Origin: Alphaproteobacteria bacterium
GTDB lineage: Bacteria > Pseudomonadota > Alphaproteobacteria > Rickettsiales > UBA3002
Assembly (NCBI GenBank): GCA_033763655.1
Contig: JANRKD010000026.1
Span: forward strand, 25,922 to 89,921
Length of the DNA stretch: 64,000 bases
Reading direction: 5' to 3'
The translations under genes were made by a program, and so were the position numbers. Below the pieces are notes generated by a model that saw nothing but the letters and a program-made list of their open reading frames with translations, was not told where the DNA came from and did no database searches. The stretch's first letter is position 1; each line of letters opens with the position of its first letter. Positions 8,445-20,040 of this stretch are shown here, piece by piece.

Positions 8445-9563
8445 TCACCGGTTTCTGCCGGTCAAACCAATTCGCGAAAGTTGATCATGGTTGGCGGAGT
8501 CTCTGTTTCTCTGCATTTCAGCCTGACGCATATACCCGCCCCGGTTGAGTATGTTGTCCATACCCTCACCGCCTGTTCTTGCCACACCCAACGTGCGCGC
8601 CAAAATCTCAGGGGTAACACCCGTCACGATGCGCGAAGGCGCTGCGGCCTGTTCACCCACCTCGGCAGCCTGCACTCGCGAAGGCTGCATCTCGTGCCAG
8701 AAAGGGCCATTCAGATAGTTATGCATATTTGTGTTCTCAAAAATTCCATCGTAAAATCTGTCACGGTCGAATTGCACACCAGCAAAGAGTGCCTGCCGCG
8801 CTACGCATATGCCGCTGGGGTCTCTTAACCACTCGATGGGTTGTACTTCTACCCAGTACACTTTACCCGTTTCTGGTTTCTTACCGTTAGAGAGCACGGA
8901 ATGATCTTTGTCGTAGTCGTATGGCTTCGCCTCCACGCGAATATACTTCTTACCCTTATGTTGGTATTCAGCATGCTCCTTCGCGTTGAACGGCTTGTCG
9001 TAAGCGTCGTATTTCTCGGCATCAAACGTATATTTCTTGCCTGTTAAATTTTGCTTCCCCGTCGGTTTATTCTGATCGGCCTGATAGGCTTTCTCCAGTT
9101 CCTGCGTGAGCCGATCTGCCTTCTCAGGTGATTCATTCGCAAAAGCAACGGTCTGCGGATATTCACCATATTCGACGACATCTATTTCAGCATTGTCCAC
9201 CCCAGAAATTTTTCGCGAAGGATTCGCTTCGCTCAGCCCGAGTGAAGATGCAACCGATGATGGCAAAGCGGGGCGCGCCCCACAAAGCCGTATGCTCGGA
9301 TCGTTATAGTTCCGGTCACCGTCGTCATCGACGGCGCGGACAAATTGAGAGACGTTGGAAGAGGCCGACCAAACATAGCCTGCTCGTTGACCATCCCTGG
9401 TTGTATGACTCCCCACATAGCCACCCAGCAAGACAGCCAAGTCGCTCAGGCCGGTCTTGGTGCCGTAGCGCTTTATTACCTCAAGCTGCCCATTGCCTCG
9501 GGCATCGCCCCAGTGCTGCTCTTCCGTTAGTAATGTGACCTTTGACTCTACGGATTTAGACAT
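8445..9563 (-). CDS. Hypothetical protein, paralog of 4825..5799
   Basis: 372-aa ORF with lower GC than its flanks (by eye). Conserved blocks are shared with 4825..5799 (see that feature). AAAGG lies upstream of the ATG. Confidence 0.75.
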   Translation of the reverse strand: MSKSVESKVTLLTEEQHWGDARGNGQLEVIKRYGTKTGLSDLAVLLGGYVGSHTTRDGQRAGYVWSASSNVSQFVRAVDDDGDRNYNDPSIRLCGARPALPSSVASSLGLSEANPSRKISGVDNAEIDVVEYGEYPQTVAFANESPEKADRLTQELEKAYQADQNKPTGKQNLTGKKYTFDAEKYDAYDKPFNAKEHAEYQHKGKKYIRVEAKPYDYDKDHSVLSNGKKPETGKVYWVEVQPIEWLRDPSGICVARQALFAGVQFDRDRFYDGIFENTNMHNYLNGPFWHEMQPSRVQAAEVGEQAAAPSRIVTGVTPEILARTLGVARTGGEGMDNILNRGGYMRQAEMQRNRDSANHDQLSRIGLTGRNR

Positions 9564-9774
9564 GATTCAATACCTTTGCTATGGATTTCTGCGGGGGTGG
9601 CTTCGCCTGCAGAAAGCAGGAGAAACCGAGGCTCAACCCTATCTCTACCCCACCCCCGTGGCATTTGTATGACGGTATGATGAAGATTATGTGACAATTG
9701 GCCCTGCCTTCCACTCGCGATTTCATCATTTTGTCACAAATGGTGTGGGCATTTGCTGCTACAATCCAAAGCTG

Positions 9775-10836
9775 ATGGAAAACACGACCCCACAGTCGGT
9801 TGCGGCGCCCAAACACTTTGTCACCAAGGGTGAGGAGGCGTTCGACAAACGCACTTACGACGACATCGGCTACAAGGCGAATGTCGCCAGCAGCATTGGC
9901 ATGGTCTATGCCGCCGAACGCACGGCCACAGGACGCAACGCGCTGAGCAAAACGGCAGCGTGGATCGCGAAAACAGGTAAATTCAACCCCAAATCCACCC
10001 AGTATTTCCTGACCAAAACCATGTTCCTGACCGGCGGTTTCCTCGTAATGCTGCCGATGAAGTGGATGGAAGATAAAAAGGCTGAATGGGTCCACAAAAA
10101 GAATCAGGAAATTTACGGCGATGCGGCCAATGATGCCGCCATCGTCCAATCGGAAAAAGAAGTCGCCGAAGCGCCAAAACAGGGCTGGGCCTCACTGTTT
10201 GGCGCGCGCGCCATTGCACTGGCGGGGTTCTATACGCTGATGGGTATGCTGTGGGATAACAAAAGCAGCATCGCACGGATGACCAACAAAAACTTCAAAG
10301 GGTTGGACAAAACAGCGCTTGATGCGATGGAAGCGCGCGACCCCTCGGCCTTCGCCAAAACCGCCAGTGAAGGGTTTTATGTCGATAAGCCGCTTGTCAA
10401 GCTATCGCGTGCGCTGGGCAAAGGCTGGAGTAAACTGACCGGCAATGCCGCCGCGCTCGAAAAAGTCGAGGAGATGGGCGCGAAATATCCGGGCATGATG
10501 AAGCAGGCAGGCACGAACGAGCCGCTAAGCAACCGCGACGGCACCGCCACCTCGCTGTTCTACTATGCGTTCAGCGAATTAATTACCTCGAAGTTCGTCG
10601 CGGTGTGGGTCTATATCCTCAGCCGCTTCACCGGGCCGTTCTTCGACCCCAAACCCAAGACTGCCGCGCCGGACATCTACGCCTCCGAGGCGCCACAGTC
10701 CGCGCCTATCGGCCATCACGTCCCCACGCCCGCACGCGCGCTAACGGCGGATGAACCCTCGCCACGCGTGCATGCCGTCACGCACGCCCAGCCGTTGCTG
10801 GATGCGGCACCCGCGCTGGCCGGGCAGCGCGCTTAA
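9775..10836 (+). CDS. Hypothetical membrane protein (about 3 predicted TM segments)
   Basis: ORF 9691..10836; the ATG at 9775 (MENTTPQ) is preferred. Hydrophobic segments: FLTKTMFLTGGFLVMLPM, ASLFGARAIALAGFYTLMGMLW, LFYYAFSELITSKFVAVWVYIL. It is divergent from 8445..9563. Confidence 0.6.
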   Translation: MENTTPQSVAAPKHFVTKGEEAFDKRTYDDIGYKANVASSIGMVYAAERTATGRNALSKTAAWIAKTGKFNPKSTQYFLTKTMFLTGGFLVMLPMKWMEDKKAEWVHKKNQEIYGDAANDAAIVQSEKEVAEAPKQGWASLFGARAIALAGFYTLMGMLWDNKSSIARMTNKNFKGLDKTALDAMEARDPSAFAKTASEGFYVDKPLVKLSRALGKGWSKLTGNAAALEKVEEMGAKYPGMMKQAGTNEPLSNRDGTATSLFYYAFSELITSKFVAVWVYILSRFTGPFFDPKPKTAAPDIYASEAPQSAPIGHHVPTPARALTADEPSPRVHAVTHAQPLLDAAPALAGQRA

Positions 10837-12029
10837 ATCACGCCGAGTTCTTTGCCGACTTTTTCGAAAACGCCCAACGCGAAATCGAGCTGTTCATCGG
10901 TCAGTGAGGCGCACATCTGCATCCGCAGGCGCGCGGTGCCTTCGGGCACGACAGGGTAACCAAAGCCGGTGATGAAGATGCCCTCTTTCAGCAGCGCCTC
11001 GCTCATGCGGATGGCAAAGGAAGTCTCGCCGACGATGATGGGGATAATCGCCGATTCGCCTTCGAGTGGCTTGAAGCCGCGCGCTTGCAGGCCTTTGCGC
11101 ATGCGGTCGGTGATGGCATGCAGGCGCGCCACACGCTCCGGCTCGCGCGTCAGCACTTCGATGGCTTTGAGCGCACTGCCCGCGATGGTCGCCGGGAGTG
11201 CGTTTGAGAAAAGCTGCGGCCGCGAGACCTGCTGCAAATAATCAATCAGCGCCTGCGACCCCGCGACATAGCCACCTGCCGCGCCGCCGAGCGCCTTGCC
11301 GAGCGTGCCGGTGATAATGTGCACCTCCTCCTCGACGCCGAAATGCTCTGCCGTGCCGCGCCCATGCGCGCCCATGACACCGACGCCGTGCGAATCATCG
11401 AGAATCACCGACGCGCCGTATTGCTTCGCCAGCGCGAGGATTTCCGGCAGCTTGGCGATGTCGCCTTCCATGCTGAACACGCCGTCGGTCACGATAAAAA
11501 TGCGGCGCGCGCCTTTGGCTTCCTCAAGCTTTTCCGTCAGCGCCACCATGTCGGAATGCGCATAGACCATCCGCCGAGCCTTCGAGGCGCGGCAGCCATC
11601 GATCAGCGAGGCATGGTTGAGCGCATCGCTGATGAGCACATCCTCAGCTCCGGCGATGGCAGGCATCAGCCCGGTATTGGCTGTCCAGCAGGAGACATAG
11701 GTCAGCGCCGCTTCCTTACGGTGCAACTTCGCCAATGCCGCTTCGATGCGGCTATGGATAGAAAATGTGCCGCAGATAAACCGCACCGAGGCCGTGCCTG
11801 CGCCATATTCCTTCAGCGCGTCGATCCCGGCCTGCACAACTTCGGGGTGGTGCGCCAGCCCAAGGTAATTGTTCGAGGAAAGCACCAGCACTTCGCCGCT
11901 TTTTTCTTCCATCGTCACCTGCGTATCCATCGGCGAGGCAAGGTGGCGGAAGCGTTTGCGCGTGCCAGCTTTCTCCATCGCCAGAAGTTCGCCGCGCAAT
12001 GCATCGTCGAGGGTGGAGGTCGTGGTCAT
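10833..12029 (-). CDS. kbl: Glycine C-acetyltransferase (2-amino-3-ketobutyrate CoA ligase)
   Basis: ORF 10833..12062. The start at MTTTSTLDD (ATG 12029) is preceded by AAGGAAAGGA. Motifs: LVLSSNNYLGLAHHPEV, SVRFICGT, and the PLP-Lys context TGTLGKALGG. Confidence 0.92.
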   Translation of the reverse strand: MTTTSTLDDALRGELLAMEKAGTRKRFRHLASPMDTQVTMEEKSGEVLVLSSNNYLGLAHHPEVVQAGIDALKEYGAGTASVRFICGTFSIHSRIEAALAKLHRKEAALTYVSCWTANTGLMPAIAGAEDVLISDALNHASLIDGCRASKARRMVYAHSDMVALTEKLEEAKGARRIFIVTDGVFSMEGDIAKLPEILALAKQYGASVILDDSHGVGVMGAHGRGTAEHFGVEEEVHIITGTLGKALGGAAGGYVAGSQALIDYLQQVSRPQLFSNALPATIAGSALKAIEVLTREPERVARLHAITDRMRKGLQARGFKPLEGESAIIPIIVGETSFAIRMSEALLKEGIFITGFGYPVVPEGTARLRMQMCASLTDEQLDFALGVFEKVGKELGVI

Positions 12030-12058
12030 AACGTTCCTTTCCTTGTGTAGGGCAGTGC

Positions 12059-13087
12059 TCATAGATCCCAGTCCAATACGACTTTGCCTGATTTCCCTGA
12101 ACGCATGACGTCGAACCCCTGCTGGAAATCGGTATAGGGGAAGCGGTGCGTGATGACGGGCCCGATCTCCATGCCGCTTTGAATCATCGCGGTGAGCTTG
12201 TACCAGGTCTCAAACATCTGGCGGCCATAGATGCCTTTCAGGGTCAGCCCCTTGAACACGACGGCATCCCAGTCGATGCCGGTTTTATCCGGCTGGATAC
12301 CGAGCATCGCGATTTTTCCACCATGCGCCATGGTCTCGATCATCATCGTCAGTGCCGCAGGGTTGCCCGACATTTCCAGCCCGACATCGAACCCCTCTTG
12401 CATGCCAAGCCCGCGCATCACCGTGCGGATATCCTCCTTTGCGACGTTCACCGCCGCACTCGCCCCCATGCTGCGCGCCAAATCGAGCCGGTAGTCGTTA
12501 ATATCGGTGATGACGACGTGCCGCGCCCCCGCGCGCCGCGCCATGGCGACGGCCATAATCCCGATCGGCCCGGCACCGGTAATCAGTACATCCTCACCGA
12601 CCAGATCGAACGACAGCGCCGTATGCGCGGCATTGCCCAGCGGGTCGAAAATGGCGAAATACTCGAGCGGGATGCCGTCCGTACATGACCAGACATTCAC
12701 CGCAGGCACCGCCACATATTCGGCAAAGGCGCCGTTACGGTTGACGCCAACCCCGAGCGTATGGGCGCATAAATGCCGCCGTCCGGCGAGGCAGTTGCGG
12801 CAACGCCCGCAGACAATATGCCCCTCGGCGCTGACCAGATCGCCCTCTTTCAGCCCGCTGACATTGCTGCCCACGGCAACAATTTTTCCGACAAATTCGT
12901 GCCCGGCGACGGTCGGCACTTTGATGGTTTTCTGCGCCCAGCTATCCCAGTTGTAGATGTGCACATCGGTGCCACAAATGCCGGTTTTCATGACCTTAAT
13001 CAGCACATCGTCGATGCCGTATTCCGGCTCTGGCACATCCACCAGCCAGATGCCCTGTTCCGCCTTGGATTTGACTAACGCTTTCAT
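12059..13087 (-). CDS. tdh: L-threonine 3-dehydrogenase (Zn-dependent MDR family)
   Basis: ORF 12059..13270. The true start is [15 protein letters not shown] (ATG 13087). Motifs: [12 protein letters not shown], the structural Zn site [15 protein letters not shown], and ITGAGPIG. It lies directly upstream of kbl. Confidence 0.92.
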   Translation of the reverse strand: MKALVKSKAEQGIWLVDVPEPEYGIDDVLIKVMKTGICGTDVHIYNWDSWAQKTIKVPTVAGHEFVGKIVAVGSNVSGLKEGDLVSAEGHIVCGRCRNCLAGRRHLCAHTLGVGVNRNGAFAEYVAVPAVNVWSCTDGIPLEYFAIFDPLGNAAHTALSFDLVGEDVLITGAGPIGIMAVAMARRAGARHVVITDINDYRLDLARSMGASAAVNVAKEDIRTVMRGLGMQEGFDVGLEMSGNPAALTMMIETMAHGGKIAMLGIQPDKTGIDWDAVVFKGLTLKGIYGRQMFETWYKLTAMIQSGMEIGPVITHRFPYTDFQQGFDVMRSGKSGKVVLDWDL

Positions 13088-13199
13088 GATGCCCCTGATT
13101 TTACGGTAAGTGGGAGAGCGTTGCTCTCTACCAGTTACCGGGCATTTTGCAAGCGCGCAGTGGCGAAAGCCGCCCCCTTCCGGAGGCGTTGCGCGCGGG

Positions 13200-14399
13200 C
13201 TACCTCGCCACAATGCGCAGCACCAGCCCGCCCCACAGGATGCATAGCAGCGAGCCGCCGATGACGCCAATTTTGACCATTTCCTGAAGCGGCGCCGCCT
13301 CGAAAGCGAGCATGCCGATGAACAAGCTCATGGTGAAGCCAATGCCCGCCACAATCGACACCGCATAAAGATGCCGCCATTGCGTCGCCTCGGGCATCCG
13401 CACCAGCTTTGTTTTAATCAGCAGCCATGACGTGCCGAAAATACCAATTTGCTTCCCAAGCAGCAGCCCAAGCGCGATGCCCAGCGGCAGCGGTTCGAGC
13501 AGGCTGGCGATACTCAGCCCCGCAAGGCTGACCCCGGCGCTGGTAAACGCAAACACCGGCAGCACCAGAAAGCTCACCCACGGGTGCAGGAAATGCATGC
13601 AGGCATTGAGCGGCGAGTGGCGGTCATCCTCGCCCGCACGCATCGGGATGGCAAAGCCGACAATGACCCCGGCCAGCGTGGTATGAATGCCCGAGTAATA
13701 GAAACAGAACCAGAGGAACACCCCGACCAGCATATAGGGCGTAAGAATCGCGATATTGGCGCGATTAAAAAGGGTCAGCAGGAAAATGCCGCCCGCCGCC
13801 AGCAGAAGCGGCAGCAGCGCAAGGCCGGTGTTATAAAAGGCGGCGATGACGATAATCGCGCCCAGATCGTCGAAAATAGCCACCGCCAGCAGAAAGATTT
13901 TAATCGCCGGCGGCATGCGTTTGCCCAGCAGCGTGAGGATGGCCAGCGCAAAGGCAATATCCGTCGCCGAAGGGATTGCCCAGCCATTGACCGTCTCGGG
14001 GCTGTCATGGTTCAAACCGAAGAAAATCAGCGCAGGCAGCGCCATGCCACCCATTGCGGCGAATAACGGCAGCATGATCTGGTCGCGGCGAGAGAGGAAT
14101 CCCTCTTTCATCTCGCGCTTCAGCTCCAGCCCGATAATCAGGAAGAAAAACACCATCAGGATGTCTTTGACCCAGTTTTTCAGCGGCTCGACGGCAATGC
14201 TGTCGCCGACACCAAACGCCAGCGGCGTGCTGACCAGTGCCTTATAGAGTGCCGCCACCGGCGAATTGGCCGCCAGCACCGCCAGCAGCGCAAACAGAAT
14301 CATCAGCACACCGCTGGCGGATTCTGTTTCCATAAACTCGCGGATATTACGGGGTAAAAGGCCTTTGCGAACGGCGTGTATTTCTGAAGGATGCTGCAT
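13200..14399 (-). CDS. nhaA: Na+/H+ antiporter NhaA
   Basis: ORF 13200..14438 (GTG). The alternative ATG at 14399 (MQHPSEIH) is used here. It is multi-TM, with typical NhaA blocks: [53 protein letters not shown]. Confidence 0.9.
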   Translation of the reverse strand: MQHPSEIHAVRKGLLPRNIREFMETESASGVLMILFALLAVLAANSPVAALYKALVSTPLAFGVGDSIAVEPLKNWVKDILMVFFFLIIGLELKREMKEGFLSRRDQIMLPLFAAMGGMALPALIFFGLNHDSPETVNGWAIPSATDIAFALAILTLLGKRMPPAIKIFLLAVAIFDDLGAIIVIAAFYNTGLALLPLLLAAGGIFLLTLFNRANIAILTPYMLVGVFLWFCFYYSGIHTTLAGVIVGFAIPMRAGEDDRHSPLNACMHFLHPWVSFLVLPVFAFTSAGVSLAGLSIASLLEPLPLGIALGLLLGKQIGIFGTSWLLIKTKLVRMPEATQWRHLYAVSIVAGIGFTMSLFIGMLAFEAAPLQEMVKIGVIGGSLLCILWGGLVLRIVAR

Positions 14400-14444
14400 G
14401 ATAGGATTGCTGTTACTGCATTTCCCCTCCCTTGTCACCCCTTG

Positions 14445-14690
14445 CGGGAAATTTTACCACCCAACTCTTCCTTCGCCGCTTCCCTCACCCCAACCCTCTC
14501 CCGCAGGCGGGAGAGGGAGCGACTCCCCTCGTTGGCCACCGTCCTCTATTCACTTCACTTTCTTCACTTCCTTCCTTTCTTTCTTCACTGGCTACTGGCT
14601 ACTGACTACTGGCTACTGGCTACCGGCTACTGACAACCCCTTTTGCCACGCGACTCTAACCGCTCGACTCTTCCCTTCCCTCACGCTATA
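14445..14690. repeat. Modular intergenic repeat, copy C: palindromic Q block (14494..14517), polypyrimidine tract, 6-unit heptamer array (14590..14631), P-like block
   Basis: CCCTCTCCCGCAGGCGGGAGAGGG is followed by TTCACTTCACTTTCTTCACTTCCTTCCTTTCTTTCTTCACT, then GGCTACT GGCTACT GACTACT GGCTACT GGCTACC GGCTACT, then TTTTGCCACGCGACTCT. It lies in the divergent nhaA / ECF-sigma intergenic region. Confidence 0.9.
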
Positions 14691-14698
14691 AACACCGC

Positions 14699-15238
14699 AT
14701 GACCGATGCCCCCGACAGTCTGGAAAGCCTGATGCGCGCGGCGCTGGCTGGCGACCAGAAAGCCTACGCGCAGGCGCTTGAGGCAACCTCGCGGCTGCTG
14801 CGGCCCTACCTCTCGAAGCGCCTGAACCAGCCGAGCGAGGTCGAGGATGTCTTGCAGGAAATCCTGCTTTCCATCCACAAATCGCGGCACAGCTACGACG
14901 GAAAACGCCCCTTCAAACCGTGGATTTATGCCATCGCCAAGTTCCGCCTGCATGATTTCCTGCGCGCGCATTATACCGACACGCTGCGCCACGCTGCTGA
15001 ACTCGATGCCGCCGAGCATCTGGCGCAGCCGAATGTAACCGAAACCGGCATGACCTACGAATCCATCAAAGAGGAAATCGCAAAGTTGCCAGGAAAACAG
15101 CCGAAGATACTGCATCTGCTGCACCATGAGGGGCATACGGCCAGAGAAGTCGCGGGCAAAATGAACATGACGGAAACCGCTGTAAAAGTGGCGGCACACC
15201 GTGCCTACAAAGCATTACGAGGGAGATTATCGGGTTAA
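14699..15238 (+). CDS. ECF-type RNA polymerase sigma-70 family factor
   Basis: 179 aa. Region 2 reads EDVLQEILLSIHKSRHSYDGKRPFKPWIYAIAKFRLHDFLR. Region 4 reads HEGHTAREVAGKMNMTETAVKVAAHRAYKALR. Confidence 0.9.
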   Translation: MTDAPDSLESLMRAALAGDQKAYAQALEATSRLLRPYLSKRLNQPSEVEDVLQEILLSIHKSRHSYDGKRPFKPWIYAIAKFRLHDFLRAHYTDTLRHAAELDAAEHLAQPNVTETGMTYESIKEEIAKLPGKQPKILHLLHHEGHTAREVAGKMNMTETAVKVAAHRAYKALRGRLSG

Positions 15239-15871
15239 ATGGAAACGCATCAACTCATCGAAAAACTCTGTAACGACGCCACCCCCGTCAGGCCCATGAC
15301 AAGCCCGTGGCTGCTGACGGCGCAATGGCTGCTCGGCTTTACCGTCTATTTCGCGCTGCTGATGGCGCTGGTCTCGCCACGGGCCGATCTGTTTGTCAAG
15401 CTGCATGAACCGCTGTTTCTTATGGAAATACTGTCGCTTGTGGCGATTGTTGCCTCCTGCGCATTAAGTGCGGCGCTGCTCTCTTTCCCCGATATTTACC
15501 AGACACGCTGCATCGCCTGCCTGCCGATTGTCTGCTTTCTCGCCTTTGCCATGGTTATCGGTGTTGCCTACCGCAGTCAGGGCGGGGGGATGGAATTTCA
15601 TGTCGAGGATTTCCGCTGCACCTTCTTCATCGGGCTGTATGCGCTACTGCCTGCCATCTGGCTGTTTTATTCCATCCGCCAGTATGCGAGCACGCACTGC
15701 GTTCTGGCGGCCAGCGTCGCCGTGCTGACCTCGTTTGGCATCGGCGCCCTCGCCGAACGCCTGGCCGAGCAGACCGATTCTGTCGCCCATGTGCTGCCCT
15801 ACCACTACCTGCCGATGCTGGTGGTAGCGATTATCGGGCCGATTCTCGGGCGTAAGCTGCTGCGCTGGTAG
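15239..15871 (+). CDS. nrsF: Anti-sigma factor, NrsF/DUF1109 family (6-TM)
   Basis: The ATG directly abuts the sigma gene's TAA. The N-terminus METHQLIEKLCNDATPVRP is typical of DUF1109, and it is followed by multiple TM helices. Confidence 0.75.
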   Translation: METHQLIEKLCNDATPVRPMTSPWLLTAQWLLGFTVYFALLMALVSPRADLFVKLHEPLFLMEILSLVAIVASCALSAALLSFPDIYQTRCIACLPIVCFLAFAMVIGVAYRSQGGGMEFHVEDFRCTFFIGLYALLPAIWLFYSIRQYASTHCVLAASVAVLTSFGIGALAERLAEQTDSVAHVLPYHYLPMLVVAIIGPILGRKLLRW

Positions 15872-16092
15872 CCGCAGCCACCCGGCATCTGCAACCTTTG
15901 GGCGACACCCCGCCGGCAATGATTGACTGCCATGTAGTGGATTCCCTCGCCGGGGTTGACACGCCCCACGCCTGCACCCAGCATAGACGGATACACGCGG
16001 CAACCGTCGGCTATGGCCGTTTTAATTAAGAATGCCCCATCTGCCCCCATGGGGTATTCTTAAGTGAAATGACTCTATTGCAGGCATAATTG

Positions 16093-18594
<2,502 letters not shown>

Positions 18595-18702
18595 CGCACG
18601 GCAATGGTGTGCGCGCCACGCCCTCCTGCGATGACGGAGAAAATCCGCCCCGTTTTTATCATGGCGCTTGCTATCGTCTGCAAATTACCCATCAATAGCC
18701 CC

Positions 18703-19629
18703 ATGGCCCTTTACACCCCCACCATCGCCGTGCTGCTGCCCTGCTATAACGAGGCGACGACCCTCGCGCAGGTGATTGCCGATTTCCGCGCCGCTCTGCC
18801 CGAAGCGCATATCTATGTGTTCGACAACAACTCGACGGATGATTCCGCCGCCATCGCCCGCGCGGCAGGCGCCATCGTCGCCCATGTACCGTTTCAGGGC
18901 AAAGGCAACGTCGTGCGCCGCATGTTCGCGGATGTGGACGCCGATATTTACGTCATGGCGGATGCCGATTCGACCTACGACGCCGCCCGCGCGCGTGAGT
19001 TGGTCACCCCCATCCTCAACGGCACCGCCGATACGGTGGTGGCCGTGCGCGACGGCGCCCGCAGCGCCTTTCCACCCGCACATGTCTTTGGCAACCGGCT
19101 TTTTAACGTCATCGTGCAACGCCTGTTCGGGCGCGGGCTGAAGGATATTTTCTCGGGCTACCGCTCGTTCTCGCGCCGCTTTGTCAAATCCTTCCCCGCG
19201 CATAGCGAGCGCTTCGAAATTGAAACCGAAATGAGCATTTTTATGCTCGAACAACGCATCCCAATGCTTGAAATCCCCATGCATTACGGCGAACGCCCGG
19301 CCGGCTCGTTCAGCAAGCTGCACACCTACCGCGACGGCGCGCGCATCATCGTCACCATCTTCCGCCTGTTCAAGGAGGCGCGCCCGTTTGCATTTTTCTC
19401 TCTCCTCGCCACACTGATGGCGCTGCTGAGCCTGCTGCTCGCCCTGCCCGTCATCCTCACCTGGATGGAAACGGGACTGGTCGAGCGGCAACCCACCCTG
19501 ATTTTATGCACCGGCATCGCCGTGCTCTCCGCCCTCACCTTTCTCGGCGGCATGATGCTTGACAGCCTGGCGCGCACCTACCGCGAAACGCGCCACCTGC
19601 GTTACCTCAACGTCCCGCCGCGCGGCTAA
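18703..19629 (+). CDS. GT2 polyprenyl-phosphate glycosyltransferase (GtrB/DPM1-like, two C-terminal TM helices)
   Basis: ORF 18604..19629. The ATG at 18703 (MALYTPTIAVLLPCYNE) is preferred. Motifs: DNNSTDDS and DADSTYD. C-terminal TM helices: FFSLLATLMALLSLLLALPVIL and LILCTGIAVLSALTFLGGMML. Confidence 0.85.
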   Translation: MALYTPTIAVLLPCYNEATTLAQVIADFRAALPEAHIYVFDNNSTDDSAAIARAAGAIVAHVPFQGKGNVVRRMFADVDADIYVMADADSTYDAARARELVTPILNGTADTVVAVRDGARSAFPPAHVFGNRLFNVIVQRLFGRGLKDIFSGYRSFSRRFVKSFPAHSERFEIETEMSIFMLEQRIPMLEIPMHYGERPAGSFSKLHTYRDGARIIVTIFRLFKEARPFAFFSLLATLMALLSLLLALPVILTWMETGLVERQPTLILCTGIAVLSALTFLGGMMLDSLARTYRETRHLRYLNVPPRG

Positions 19630-19632
19630 AGG

Positions 19633-20040
19633 ATGTCGCCCCTGCGCCATCGCGAATTCCTCCGCTTCTGCATGGTCGGCTTCCTCGCCTTTCTGGTGGA
19701 TTCGAGCCTGCTCGAACTGTTGGTATATACGGGGCTTACCGCCCCCGTCGCACGCGGACTCTCCATCGCAGTAGCGTTACAGTGCTCGTATTTCCTGCAT
19801 GGCGCATTCACTTTCCGCGCCCACGGAGGCTACAGCATCAAGAGCTGGATGAAATTCATGCTCGGCAACCTGATGGGCGCCGCGCTGAATTATGGCGTTT
19901 TCCTGCTCGTCCTCATGGCGCAGGTGGGTGCCGATGCCCGCATCGCGCGCCTTGCCGCGCTGCTGGCGGGCACGGCGGTGGCGCTGCTGTTTAATTACTG
20001 GGCAAGCCGCCGCTTTGTCTTTGCACGTCGGGAGCCATGA
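19633..20040 (+). CDS. GtrA-family small membrane protein
   Basis: 135 aa with 4 TM segments. It reads FLRFCMVGFLAFLVDSSLL near the N-terminus and ends FNYWASRRFVF. Confidence 0.85.
   Translation: MSPLRHREFLRFCMVGFLAFLVDSSLLELLVYTGLTAPVARGLSIAVALQCSYFLHGAFTFRAHGGYSIKSWMKFMLGNLMGAALNYGVFLLVLMAQVGADARIARLAALLAGTAVALLFNYWASRRFVFARREP

Noticed and set aside
14266-14691. ORFs translating the repeat element (14266..14691 and 14391..14633, plus 22782..23060 and 22814..23158), giving GYWLLATGYW-type peptides
   Set aside because: They are made of a 7-bp tandem repeat (not a multiple of 3), a palindrome and a polypyrimidine tract. The same DNA recurs in non-coding contexts, and there is no start or RBS context.
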